NCBI RefSeq assembly: GCF_006345805.1
Contig: NC_042999.1
Span: forward strand, 20,522,001 to 20,586,000
Length of the DNA: 64,000 bases
Reading direction: 5' to 3'
DNA from: Octopus sinensis
Lineage: Eukaryota
Positions 50,654 through 64,000 of the stretch are shown piece after piece. Made by a program: the position numbers and the translations under genes. Below the pieces are notes generated by a model. It searched no databases, had not been told where the DNA came from, and saw only the letters and a list, made by a program, of their open reading frames with translations. Position 1 is the stretch's first letter, and the number at the start of each line of letters is the position of its first letter.

Positions 50654-53420
50654 ACACACATATATATATACGACGGCCTTCCAGTTTACTCTTACTAATT
50701 TCACTGAAAAGCATTGGTCGTCCTTCGTCTAAAAGTGATTTCTAATAGACACGACACGTAAAATTTAAGAGATGCTTATTGTCGATACTTATTACATCGA
50801 TTCCAGATTTATAAAAGACAATGTCGGTAATGAAAACGACAATAACTTAAAGTTGTAAGGCATTTTCTCCGACTCTGTATCAGCTTTGACATTTATTTTT
50901 ACATTGTGAAAACTTATAACATTGACTGAAGTTTTCTCATTATGGGCGAGAAGTACAGACGATTGAATCAATCCCAGTAGTAGACTGTTGCGAACTGTAT
51001 CAACTCTGGTTGGATGAAAAATAAAGCCGACCTTTCTTTGTTTCGTAGTTCGTTAAAATGAGTAGCGATTAATTGCTTGGATCAATTCTCTTGACAACGT
51101 CTCTGTTTTAGAATGTAAAGTCCTTATGCGAATATTAGTCTTCGTGACAGCTTTCATTTAGTAAACACACCCAGTAACACACTACTCAAAATGATTTGCT
51201 AACTGAATAATTCCGTTGTAATTAGTAAACACCAGAATTTGTAAGCATTAAGTAAAATGTCATTATGTTCAATGATCGGACATATTCCAATAGATTATGG
51301 CATAAATGTTCAATCGAGGTGATTGATTAGAGAACGCCTTCATAGAGAATTATTACGATCGAATTAGAAGTCTGATCAATAGCTAGTAAATTAGAATAAT
51401 GATATTATACTAATTTAATTTGGAGACTAAGCCTGCAAATAAAAGGTTACAAAATTGACCAATGTTCTAATATTGTTCATGTCAATTTAATGATGATTTC
51501 TGCCATTTGTACACGGTACAAGACCACGTATTTAGGTATGGTCTTTGGTGTAGTTCATAACATGCCCTCTACAAGTTGACTAATTGGTGAAAATCAAAGT
51601 GAGTAAGGATTTTTATTTAAAACCTTCAAGGTATTTTGGCTCACAGTCCAAACCTAATCTCGTTTATATATTCCAGTTTGGTTACATTCATCTGTCTTCC
51701 AAATAATCCATATACAAACGTACAACTCAGGCTTCTTTAGTTACGGTTTTCTTTTTTTAAAATGCTACAAAACACCAAGCACACTCACATAGACGTGATA
51801 ACTTGCTTTACCCACAAATTTCAGCCTTTGAATATGCACCACGCCAATAAAACTGACAGGTATCTACATGTATGTACTGATATGTGCATTCATAGATATA
51901 TAGGGTGAAAAACAGAAAGTTAGCGAGGTTATTGGTTCAATAGATAGATAGAATTCTATGAAATCTCTTCATAAACATCTTATCTAAATATATCATACAT
52001 TCTCGCACGCATACGCGCTCGTACGCACACACACAAACTTACACACACATCAGCATACCTATACAAAATCAAAATTGAAAAATGAAACACACAGATATTC
52101 ATCGGGACAAGATTTATGTTGAATTTTTGCTTAAGGTCAGCATAAGTCAAATACACAGCTATAGAGCTATATTGCGCTCTTCATTTTAAGATTCTTATTG
52201 AATCTATCCGTAAACAGTTCCCTCAGAAACTACCGTTCGTTCGGACCAAATACATATCGGTAATATTAATAAATAAAATTTGTTTTGGAGGATCACATAC
52301 CAAGCAGGTGATTTGATCTGAGAAAATTACTGTGTTGAAAACGCATAGCCATTAAGAAGAGACTGTTAACTTTGCTTAAATATTTATTTTTTGTATCAAA
52401 CTTTTCGTTGCTTCGACTACAACCTGGTCAGTGATGCGATTCCACAGCCATTGTGTGTTTTTGGATGGCTAATCACCTTGTAAATGTATACAATTTGTAT
52501 CATAACTCACTAATAGTTACTAGCTTCATACAAAAAGCACAAGAAAGACTACAATGGAATATTAATTCACTCAAGGAACCATGCTGCTTGTTCTACTACA
52601 CATAGCAATCATTCTAGGTTGCATAAAACAGCAGACTTATTTGAGACACCAGTGTACGATCAACATTTTGAGAGACCAGCAGATGATCGACATTATGAGA
52701 GACGAGCAGACGATCAACATTTTGAAGTCACTTGACACAGACGCGAGACTGTCTCCTCATGCAGCCGTTTATCGCTACTACAGTCAACTCATTTCCCCGG
52801 GAGAGGAATTGCCACTCACATCTTCGCCACTAAACTTAGTGGCGCCCCTGCTATCTTGTGAACCATACTTTGTTCAACACCACCATGTATTCTACACGAC
52901 CCTCGTCTCACCCGTCCAATGTTTCCAAAGCGTCAACCCTGAGAATATATTTTGATTTTTGCTTCATTTTATCGACAGCCATCAGCACACAGTTGATCAA
53001 GGAGAATAATAATGACGGGAATCTTAGCGATCTTGTATTGCCTGCGAACGACACGATCAAAGCAATATCTTCTACATTAATTCCCCATCCAAAATAAATG
53101 AATAGATAAAATGATCTACAAAATTTAATGTCCTTAGCAGAGCTGAATATTACTTTCAAGAAACTCAGTAAATAAATTGCCATTAGCTGTTTTTTTTAAT
53201 TTCTTCTACAGTTAAATTATTACGATATTTGAAATTCATAAAAGCTCCTAAAGTGAACCTGATGTTTGGTGGTGGTGGCGGTGGTGATGGTGATGGGGGG
53301 ACGAGTTTAAAATGAAGACGACATGATGTTGATGTTGCCTATATTAATACTTTCGCTGTTGTTCTCGGTTAGCCCCAGATGAATTCATATCGAACACATA
53401 AACACAAAGGCATTCCAATC

Positions 53421-53970
53421 GGATCTTTTCACTTTGACCGGCAGATTTTTTTTAATAATTTCTTTGTAACTAAACACTTTTAAACTTCGTATACTGGTAG
53501 AATGTATTAGATAAAACATCTTTTTCTCTTGGCTTTCTTGAGAAAATTTTGTAGTTGTTAAGCTATTTCTTGTTAAATTTCTTGCATTTCGGCAATTTCA
53601 ACCAATCAATGACGTCTATTGAAATGAATACAATTTCTGCGGTTCTTTGTCAACAACAATTTATCACGGTGTCTACTCAATTTGTCACTGTTATTTATGA
53701 CATATTTCATATCAGTTACGTTCGTATGAATAACAGATTATCGTTATTAAACTTTTATTAATAAACACATATTCTAAGCTCACAACATATGCAGTTTTAA
53801 TTTCCCTCTCTGTTGCACAGATACACACATTACATATTATATATTCGTTTAAGAAGCAGATTGGGTTTATTCACATTTCTGAAGAAAAAATACCCTTCCC
53901 CCTAACCCTAACCCTAAAACAGATTGAAATACAATATATCGATACTAGGGTCATAATTATGGGTGGACAC
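53421..53970. mobile_element. Diverged, partial copy of the GGATC-TIR MITE
   Basis: Left TIR and body match 30008-30390, including (CCCTAA)3. No right TIR found. Confidence 0.65.
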
Positions 53971-54883
53971 TAAATGAGAGAACGATTTTGTTATCCAGCT
54001 CTGTTTACGAGTGACCCCTCAGTTTATGGCCACGCACGTTTATTTGTTTACATTTGAAGAAGATCGTCACTTTCTGTAAAATTTTTATTTTTTTATATAT
54101 GTGGGGTTAGGGGTGGGGGTATCTTTTTCTCATAAATATTTGACCGTTAAATCTAACAAAATTGGTGTCTATGCAGATGCTCTCTCAATACTTCTTTCTA
54201 ATCTCTTCTTTCTCCCCCTCTCTCTCTCTCACTCTCTCTACCTCTCACTGGCTCCATGAAAATGTTGACAGACATAATCAGTTATTAACGCTGTTCTAGT
54301 GACTTCGGCTGTTAAAGCAGCAACGACTGAGAAACGATGACGTTATGGGCGTTAATTAATCTATTATTTAATATATAATTAAAATAGAATGAATTCGTTT
54401 GACAAGTTACTCAGATTTATACAATATTCACATGTCCTTATCAAAGTGGTTTAAATATTTGCTACATTAGTTTAACTTGCGCATTTTTCGATATAAATCT
54501 TTGCTGTCCTGTAGTGCTAAGTTGCTTAATATTCACGTCTTTATTGGCAAAAAAGCCCTAATTTACTCAGGAAATATTTCATTCAGAATAATAATTTTTT
54601 AAAAAATTAATAAATATATGAAACTTTGTTAAAGCACTCCACATGGATTTAGCAATTCTGAAACATATTAAACAAGAATTTGGAAACCAGCACTGGATTT
54701 CTATGGAAGGTGACGATGATACGTCAGATACAACGACTTGTCGAAATAAAAACAACACTCATACATACATACATACATACATACATAGATATATACATAC
54801 ATGTATACATACATACATACATGCATACATACATACATACATACATACATACATACATACATACATACAATATATACATACAT

Positions 54884-55090
54884 ACTGCCTAAATACCAAT
54901 CTTGAGAAATTAGGCTTCTCGAAACCAGAAAGGAGAAAGCTACTTAGAATATTACAGATCCAATCCATCACTGGAAATATAAAGATCTGTAAAACATTCC
55001 AGAAGTATACTATTTAAATATATATGATCATGTCTAGATATGTAACTCTATGCATGAGAATACATACATAGTACATACAAATTTGTACAT
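54884..55090 (+). mobile_element. 3' end of a non-LTR retrotransposon embedded in (TACA)n, copy 1
   Basis: Encodes CLNTNLEKLGFSKPERRKLLRILQIQSITGNIKICKTFQKY*, resembling RLE-LINE C-termini. A short UTR then runs into TACA repeats. Confidence 0.55.
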
Positions 55091-55310
55091 ACATACAAAC
55101 ATGCATACATACATACACACGTACGCACATACGTACATACATACATACCTACATACATACATACATACATACATGCATGCATGCATGCATGCATGCATAC
55201 ATACATACATACATACATACATACATACATACATACATACATACATACATACATACATACATACATACATACATACATACATACATACATACATACATAC
55301 ATACATACAT

Positions 55311-55520
55311 ACTGCCTAAATATCAATCTTGAGAAATTAGGCTACTCGAAATCAGAAAGGAGAAACTAATTCGAAAACTAAAGATCCAATTCATCACTGG
55401 AACTGTAAGAATCTGTAAAACTTTCCAGAATTTTGCCATTTAAATATATATGAGCATGTCTAGATATGTAACTATATGCATGAGAATACGTACATAAAAC
55501 ATACAAATCTGCACATACGT
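55311..55520 (+). mobile_element. Same LINE 3' end, copy 2
   Basis: Roughly 85-90% identical to 54884-55090 by eye, with the same 5' boundary. Confidence 0.55.
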
Positions 55521-56496
55521 ATATAGAAACAAAAATACCCTGTTTTTTATGTTGAAATTTCAATGAAGGAGTCTTGGATCTAGGTTAGAAACCGGTTCTT
55601 CCCCTATTGGCAAGAAATCTGGAAATAAACTGAATAATGACATACATAGATACATATATGCACACACACACACACACACATACCCACACATATGTATATA
55701 TATTTCTAGCTTTCCACTTTTTATTGCTCACGTTTATAATTGATAGCACTATAGAATGTTGCCATTTTATGATTCATAATTTGTGTCAGCTGAGATCAAC
55801 CTGATTTCGACGCAACATTTAAAAAATAATGAAGTGTTAAGAGCTCAATAAGTTGTGTGAATGGTGTTTTATGAAAAGATCGTTTCAACGTATATGTAGT
55901 AATTGCATGAAATTGTTTAAGTATTTTTTTTCATGTTGCGTGTCGGTCTTATTCGATCAAACATTTGATCGTATTTTACCTAGCTGTAGATTATCTAATA
56001 CATTTGTGTGTACTGCAAAACAGTAGGAGTTAAGATGAGTAAGATTTTGCTGCTATTTCAAGCAACGTGTGCAATCCGGAACAGGCTGCTTTACTGGTTA
56101 GTATCTTTAAAGGTATACGGCATAAGTCTTTTCAAGATATCTGTCTTACGTGACAAGTAAATTTCTTGCATATATTTATAATCAAATATTGATTTCAAAT
56201 GTTAGCACAAGAAGAGCAATTTCTGGTAGGTAGGTCAGTCGGTTACAACATCCCCGGTGCTCGACGGGCACTTATTTTGTCAACCCCGAAAGGATGAAGG
56301 TCACAGTCGACCTCGGTAGAATTTCAGCTCCACTCACCGCCTCATCATTTGTCATATGTTGGTTTCAAATTTTGGCACAAGGCTAGCAGGTAAGTCGAAT
56401 ACACCGACTCTAGTGTTCGACTGAGTCTTCTTTTATCGACCTAGAAAGGATGAACGGCAAAGTCGACTTCTGTGGTATTTCATACAAGGAATATTT

Positions 56497-56715
56497 CTCT
56501 TTTACTCTTTTACTTATTTCAGTCAATTTACTGCGGTCATGCTGGAGCACCGCCTTTAGTCGAGCAAATCGAAACCATGGCTTATTCTTTGGCAGCCTAG
56601 TACTTATTCTATCGGGCTCTTTTGCCGAACCGCTAAATTACGGGGACGTAAACACACCAGCATCGGTTGTCAAACGTTGTTGGGGAGAAATTAAGGTACA
56701 GACATATACACACAC

Positions 56716-56750
<35 letters not shown>

Positions 56751-56910
56751 ACGGGCTTCTTTCAGTTTCCGTCTATCAAATCCACTCACAAGGCTTTGGT
56801 CGGCCCGAGGCTATAGTAGAAGACATTTACCCAAGATGCCACGCAATGGTAATGAACCCAGAACTATGTGGTTGGTAAGCGAGCTACTTACCACACAGCC
56901 CCTCCTGCCC
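56497..56910 (-). mobile_element. SINE family A copy
   Basis: Reverse complement of family A. Confidence 0.85.
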
Positions 56911-57427
56911 CTATTCTAATAATTTTGCCTGGCTGCTAACGATTATGCCAGTTCTCCTCCTTAGGCAATTATGAAATATTGAAATTTGTTGTTAATCATT
57001 TATAGAAACACAACCAAGTTAGAAAATGCTGCCAATGTTTAGAAACGAAAGAAGAAACTTAATATTATACAAGTTTGAAAGAAAGGAGTATATGAAGCAA
57101 TTAATAAAAGTGTGCAGAGGAGATGTTTCTTGTTGTAGATCAGTTTTAGTCTTCCTTTCTGATGATTGTTCAGGCAGGAAAAATGTTGAGAGCATGGTTT
57201 CGATCGCGATCGACATACACAACGAAGTTTTAAACTTCAAAGATAAACTAAATACCAGTTGCGTACAGGGATTAATCTAATCGACTGCCCCCACTCACCC
57301 AAAATTTCGTGCATTGTGCATAGAGTGCAAATGATTATTTTGATATATAAGATTATTCCACTGAGGTCAATTTTGCATGTCATAATTTCGGGTTCGATAA
57401 AATAAATACCAGTTAAGTAGTGTGTTC

Positions 57428-57849
57428 GGATCTTTTCGGTTTGAACGGCAGTTTTAACATAATTTCTAGGTAACTAAAAAAATTTAAAACTTCGTATACT
57501 GGTAGAATGTGTTTATAAAATATCTTTTTCTCTTGGCTTTATTGAGAACATTCTATAGTTTGTAAGATATTTGGTCTTTAATTTCTTGCATTTCGGCAAT
57601 TTCAACCAATCACTGACGTCCATTAAGGTAAACGACATTCTGTACCGTATGAATATGTCTCTCGTTTAAGAAACAGATTGGGTTTATTTACATTTATGAA
57701 GAAAAAAAAGATACTCTTCCGCCCACCCCTAACTAACCCTAACCCTAAAATAGATTGAAATGCAATAGATCGATACTAGGGTCATAATTATGGGTGACAA
57801 TTTCATATGACACCACTCGAAAAAACTGCCGTTCAAACCGAAAAGATCC
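57428..57849. mobile_element. GGATC-TIR MITE (Merlin-like), 8-bp TSD
   Basis: TIRs as at 30008. TSD GTGTGTTC at 57420-57427 and 57850-57857. Internal CCCTAA repeats. Confidence 0.88.
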
Positions 57850-58769
57850 GTGTGTTCGAACTGGAAAGAAAAGTATTATAGTCTGAACTTTACAGACTAA
57901 AAAGAAAAAAAGAGAGAAAAATAACGGAAATTCGAACCGTTAATGAATAGGTTTCTTTATGTTTTGGTAACCTGTGACAAACAGTTTTCTTTTGTTTTTT
58001 TTTTTAAAGAAATTAAGAAAAAACAGTATAAACATTTATTGAAAAGTTATAATGATAAGGCAGAGAACAAAGGAAAAAGTCGCGGTTTCGACTCAGAGCA
58101 AAACAAGACATTATCGAAAGGTTTAAGTGTAAAAAGGAATTCACGGTTCCATCTCGCAGCGGGGGCGAGATGACCGTCTCATTTGCATTATTGATCTATC
58201 ATTTCACATATCATACTTCATGTGTTTTATGTTCCCGCATGTGTTTTGTATGTCCCCTCTATATTCAGACCTTTTGCTTGTAATAAAAAGAAAAAGTAGT
58301 GAGTTCGATATAATTAATTTATTTCCTCCCCAAAATTTGCTGGCCTTGTGCACAAATTTGAATCCAATATATAATGATATTTCAATTGTCATGATTGAGG
58401 TAACTAACCTAATCTATAAAAGGTTAAGTCAAGCGCTAGCATAACTTGGAGGTGTGAGATGAAGTCGGTTCGCCCTTTTAAGGGGCGGAAGTTTTGGGTG
58501 TGCTATATAAATATGTATTATGTGATTGTGCCTGGTGTTTTGTAGCATTTTTTAAATAAGACCGTGACGAAAGAAGCCTGACTTGTACGTTTGTATATGA
58601 AATATTTTGAAGAAGGATGAATGTAACCAAATTGGAATATATACACGAGATTATGTTTGAACTGTGAGCCAAAATGTCCTATATAAATCTGTAAGGTTTT
58701 GTTGTCCGGGCTCCAAAATAAAGGGGCTACTTAGCGCGACTCACATTCTTGCTATGCCGCTAAACACAA

Positions 58770-59520
58770 ATAATATTGACCCCAAATTTTGACACCAGGC
58801 CAGCAAGTTCGGTAGAGGTGTAAGTCGATTACATCAGTCTCAGTGTTCAACTAGTACTCCTTTTATCTACCTCCAAAGGATGAAAGATAAAGGCGACCTT
58901 ACCTGAATTTGAACTCAGAACGTTAAGACAAACAAAATACCTATTTCTTTACTACCCATAAGGTGCTAAACACAGAGGGGACAAACAAAGACAGAAAAAC
59001 GGATTAAGTCGATTACATCGACCCCAATGCGTAACTGGTACTTATTTAATCGACCCCGAAAGGATGAAACGCAAAGTCGGCGGAATTTGAACTCAGAACG
59101 TAGCGGCAGACGAAATACCTGTTTATTTACTACCCACACGGGGCTAAACACAGAGAGAACAAACAAGGACAGAAAAATGGATTAAGTCGATTACATCGAC
59201 CCCAATGCGTAACTGGTACTTATTTAATCGATCCCGAAAGGATGAAAGGCAAAGTCGGCGGAATTTGAACTCACAACGTTGCAGCAGACGAAATACCTAT
59301 TCCTTTATTACCCACAAGGGGCTAAACATAGAGGGGACAAACAAGGACAGACATAGATATTAAGTCGATTACATCGACCCCAGTGTGTAACTGGTACTTA
59401 ATTTATCGACCCCGAAAGGATGAAAGGCAAAGTCGACCTCGGCGGGATTTGAACTCACAACGTAATGGCAGACGAAATACCGCTAAGCTTTTCGCCCATC
59501 GTGGAAACGATTCTGCTTTC
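58770..59520 (-). mobile_element. SINE family B array (four bodies)
   Basis: ~180-bp period, one head at the 59520 end, older alternative-tail unit at the 58770 end. Confidence 0.85.
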
Positions 59521-60198
59521 CATCTTTCTGAATTATGAGGTAATCTAGTAAAAGCGAGTAAAAGGTCGGTTTAATTATAATTAAATGCAATAATTACCAA
59601 AAGCGGGGTTATTTTTATCCATTTGTACAAGCAGATTCAACATATGAAATATCGTTCCACTGAGCACTGCTAAGGATTCGACAACGCATCACAATTGAAG
59701 CATTTTGCATAAACAATACATTAAACCACAAAATCGGTACATGATATTCCAATTATATGCATTAGAAGCTAAACATTGTTGTTCCTTAACACTCAAAACA
59801 CGACCGTAGGGCATTTCTCAGAGGTACGTCACATAAAACATGGCGATTCTACAATCATTAATGACATTCTGAAATTGATATAGCTACCGCATTGTCTAGA
59901 TCAAGCTGCATACAAAGGTTAGTTGGCAATATAAATTATGCTTCTGTGTGAAGAAGTACATTTCAAACTATTCTAGAATGCCCTGAAGGGTAAATAATTA
60001 ATTCCTAAATAATAAAATACCCACGTTCCGTTCTCAGAAGCACTATCTATAGGGAAACGAACAATGAAATTGTAATGTCGTCTTATTATAGCCATTAGAA
60101 AAATAAGTATTTTTATGAAGATAGTGAACGCAAATGAACGCGAATATTATATTTTCAATTTTTGGCACAAGCACAATGTTTTTGTTTTTTTTCGGGAC

Positions 60199-60714
60199 GG
60201 GTTCTAATCAATACCTATTTCTTTACTACTCACAATGGAGCTAAACACAGAAGGGACAAACAAGGACAGACAAACGTATTAAGTCGATTATATCGACCCC
60301 AGTGTGTAACTGGTACATATTTAATCGACCCCGAAAGGATGAAAGGCAAAGTCGACCTCGGTGGAATTCGAACTCAGAACGTAGCGGCAGAAGAAATACT
60401 GCTAAGCATTTCACCCACCATGCAATCGTTTCTGACAGCTCACCGCCTTAAGGGTTCTAATCAATACCTATTTCTTTATTACCCACAAGGGGCTAAACAT
60501 AGAAAGGACAAACAAGGACAGGCATAGGTATTAAGTCGATTACATCGACCCCAGTGCGTAACTGCTACTTAATTTATCGACCCCGAAAGGATGAAAGGCA
60601 AAGTCGACCTCGGCGGAATTTGAACTCACAACATAACGACAGACGAAATACGGTTACGCATTTCGCCCGGCGTGCTAACGTTTCTGACACCACGCCGCCT
60701 TAAGGGTTCTAATC
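60199..60714 (-). mobile_element. Two full SINE B copies in tandem, punctuated by three copies of GGGTTCTAATC
   Basis: Motif at 60199, 60452 and 60704. Confidence 0.85.
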
Positions 60715-61307
60715 GATCTAAGTGTTTGATCTGTATTTTATTTTATCGATTTTGAAAGAATAAACGCAAAGTTGACTTCGGCGAGATTGGAGTTCTAACT
60801 GTAAAGATCCGCAAGGGATGCTGCTAAGCATTATGTATGACATACCATTCTGCCAAGTCATCGCATTGCGGTACACAAAGATGCTTTGAAATTTTAGTAC
60901 AAAGTCGACAGATTTAAGAAAACGCATACGCATATGTATCGTTGATCTCAGAGCTCAATTAGAATTTTTGTTATTGATGTCGAAAGGATGACTTGCAAAA
61001 TCGACTTCAGTGGAATTTTTACCCAGAATAAAAAAAAAAGCGAAGGAATAGCCAAAAAGTATTTTGTCCGGAGTGCTAATTCCACTAGAATGAAAACTTT
61101 TATATAAAAGTCGGTATTGTTATTCACATTTCTGTTACTTGTATACACATTGCGCCCTCTGAATTCATTCAGAAAACACTATTGATCTATATGTAAATAT
61201 ATACATACACGTGTGTTCAACCACTCATATTTTCTACCTAGCCATGTTTTTAAGTCTTTGTAAGACACGTTTCTTATTTTTATGTATAGTCCTTAATGGT
61301 GGACAAG

Positions 61308-61345
<38 letters not shown>

Positions 61346-62419
61346 TATATATATAATATATATATATATATATTTGCTTGTTTCTTTTACATCGTAGAAC
61401 TCAAAGAAATAAAAGAATTCACACAATCTTGAGAAACACTGCCTGGAAAATGATACAAAAGAAATATATATTATATATTATATATTTACATAATAAGAAA
61501 CCAGAAAGATACGTAAAAAAAACTATGCTCTTTTTGCTAACGTTATCTATAACTATAGCTTATGTAACAATTGCGTTATCTTTTTTTTTACTGTTGTTTC
61601 TCTTAATTTTGTTATATATTATCTGGACCTGTTGGACTTTTTTATGAATTAGTTTGTGTTTAATGTAGGTAACAGAAGAAAACAGAAAATTACAAGGCAA
61701 AGAAGATTATATGTTTTTCTAAATACCATAATAATAGAATATTGTGGCAGTTAAAAAAATATTAATATTATTAGTCATAATAATCATCGTCAATGTAATC
61801 ACCGCCATTATTATTATTGCTGTTATTAATGTTTTTGGGGCGGATTTGTTCGCACATGCAACAAAAGATATTTATCAGCATTTCTTCTTGTCTTTACGTT
61901 CTGAGTTCAAATTTCGCTGATGCTGACTTTTTCTTTTCGGAGTCAGTAACGTAAATACAATCTCTCACTGCGGTCGATGTAACCGACTTATCTCTTTCTC
62001 AAAATAACTAGGCTTGTGCCAAAATTAGATAGAATTAGTTTCTGCTGTGGTGAAGTGTCGGTGGTGGTGGTGGTGGTGGTGGTAGAAATGGTAAGTGTGG
62101 TGTTACTGTTATATTAGTTGTTGTTGCCTTCTTCTTCTTCTTCTTCCAATCAGGACTCATGCCATTAGCCACAAAGAATCAATTTTTAATTCGCGTATAC
62201 TCTAAGCCACTAAGAATGCGTGTGGCAACTTGAAGATCCACCACCACACGCGATAGACTGGCGGTTGCACGAGTGCGAAAGCTACTTTGTTATCCTCATT
62301 CCGTAAACGGTGGCTTTTTAACGGGTGGAGAGCTGAACCATCCTGGGGTACAGAGGATTTGCAATCTAGACTAGGGTGTGAAAGTTTACCACACCATAGT
62401 GGGTTACACGATGTTTCCT

Positions 62420-62592
62420 CTGCTTTGTGGCAGAAGTAGGAAGAAAAAGTAAGAGAAAGATGTGTTGAAAGAGCCTCATGGAGTTTAGGTGATTTTGGTC
62501 AAGAAACACTCACAATGCACGGTCTGGGAATCGAAACAGCCTTCTTACGACCACGAGTCCGCTGCCCTAACCACTGGGCCATTGCGCCTCCA
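62420..62592 (-). mobile_element. SINE family C copy (diverged body)
   Basis: ..GAGTCCGCTGCCCTAACCACTGGGCCATTGCGCCTCCAC head. Confidence 0.75.
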
Positions 62593-62744
62593 CAGTTAAT
62601 GTTGTTGCTGCTGCTGCTACTGCGTATGTTCGTTGAGTGGGATTTTATCATATGTAACTATTTTAGAGCCTCATAAGATACCACCTTTTGAAACTTCTCC
62701 AACGACACAGCTCCATCCCGCGGTTTAGAGAGCAAACATTTTCC

Positions 62745-63010
62745 TCAAAATATTAGTTGTCCTAAGTATTGCTGCCATCTGAATACTTCCTAAATAGTTT
62801 CGTATTCGCGGTTTTTGTAGCCAGAATATTACTATTTTTGAAATGATCCCAAGTGCACCGATCACAGTAAGGACCACACTCATTTATGAGGTTCTGTGTA
62901 TTCTCCCACTCCTAAGTCCTGGTACTTCCCGACTTTCTCGTCTTCTGCCTTGACAATATTTTGGTCTGCAATTACAGCTACGTCAATGCAGGTCCATCGT
63001 TTGGTCTCCT
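62745..63010 (-). pseudogene. R4/Dong-type RLE LINE, C-terminal endonuclease fragment
   Basis: Reverse complement: CIDVAVIADQNIVKAEDEKVGKYQDL..VIGALGII..IQMAAILRTTNILRKM*. Confidence 0.75.
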
Positions 63011-63349
63011 TCGGTAGGGGAGGAGACAAATTTCCACTGCATCCCGTGGAATACATCTGTGTACCTGAGTGTGTACAGCATTGTAGGATTTCGTTTGGAT
63101 TTGCGTTGAAGGAGTTCAGTCTCTTCTCGTTCCTCTAAATTATCAGTTTGTTTACTTACGGGGGTTCGGTTAGAGTCTTTTGTTATATGATTTGTTGTAT
63201 GATGTATGGTATGTGTAATGCGAGGTGTGTTATTTTGATGGGTATCCATCCTGTAGAATGCATGTTGTTTAGGTTTGCTTTATGCGATATTTATTGCATT
63301 GAGTGTTTCTTGTGTTTGTAGATTTTTATATTTGCGTTGTGCTATTGAA

Positions 63350-64000
63350 GTAATAATGCAGCTGTACTAAACTGGGCTCTATGCATCAGTTCAGATATTT
63401 CCTCTATCCATCAGTTCAGATATTTAGATATATTTCACAATGCACGTTCCATAGTCTCTGTAATTCAATACATAGGTCCTGGTACTTTGCTATGTTTTCT
63501 ATACTTCTCATATTAAGTTTTTTTTTTATAATTTCTATTCGCTTTATCTACTACTACCAAATCAGGCCTTCTAGCTTCTATTACTCTGTCAGTCTAAATG
63601 TTAAAGTCCCACAAAATCTTGTACTTCTTACTTTCTAGTATTTTACTGTGTTCATGTTCATAACATTTATTAATATGTTCAAATCCTAGCTTTCTACATA
63701 GCTTCCAGTGGATTGCTCTCCCTAGATTCTCATGTCTTTCCTATGTATTCTTTCTGTGCCAGCATGTTACATTCAACTACTATATGAGTAACGCTTTTCT
63801 CTTTTGATTTGCAGAATCTACTTGGATTTTGGATTTTATCCAATTAGTTCTTAATGCTTGATCTTGTGCAGCTACTAACAAACTTTCTTTCTCCCTCCTC
63901 AGCTTTCCCTTCTGCAACCATAACCATGTCTCAATACTACTCTTCACTGAAACTATCTTTGGGAATCCATCATGCAATGCCTTCTCCTGCCACGCAGATA
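63350..64000 (-). pseudogene. R4/Dong-type RLE LINE fragment (second copy, runs off the window end)
   Basis: WQEKALHDGF..WLWLQKGKL..LVAAQDQALRTN; RH.NLGRAIHWKLC; KILWDF; RRPDLVVVDK; KYQDL..ELQRLW. Confidence 0.8.

Noticed and set aside
55555-55615. GAAACCGGTT palindrome as a hammerhead stem III
   Set aside because: No CUGANGA or UUGANAA core upstream. The region folds better as a simple hairpin.
58144-58190. GC-rich hairpin (CATCTCGC/GCGAGATG) next to an ATTTGCAT octamer
   Set aside because: Single short occurrence that cannot be distinguished from chance without data

Overview
AT-rich, microsatellite-saturated eukaryotic DNA. The SINE families, (TA)n/(TACA)n density and TTAGGG motifs look like an octopus genome (pattern recognition, not verified). 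No host protein-coding gene can be firmly supported, and most of the supplied ORFs are microsatellite artefacts. The window is dominated by mobile elements. (1) A Penelope-like retroelement (PLE) with RT plus GIY-YIG endonuclease at 7381-14294, with an inverted pLTR and a partial tandem second copy. (2) A ~4 kb fold-back palindrome of the same family at 38406-42372. (3) A dead CR1-group LINE at 15036-18265, minus strand. (4) R4/Dong-type RLE LINE remnants at the right end. (5) Mariner derivatives, an 8-bp-TSD MITE carrying telomeric repeats, and about 30 tRNA-derived SINE copies from 4 families. The strongest hidden signals are three. First, a set of type I hammerhead ribozymes from several unrelated PLE-like families, with covariation support. 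Second, a reproducible insertion geometry in which fold-back PLE ends abut TA microsatellites at two fixed, staggered 3' positions. Third, a LINE/SINE pair sharing a covarying 3' stem-loop.
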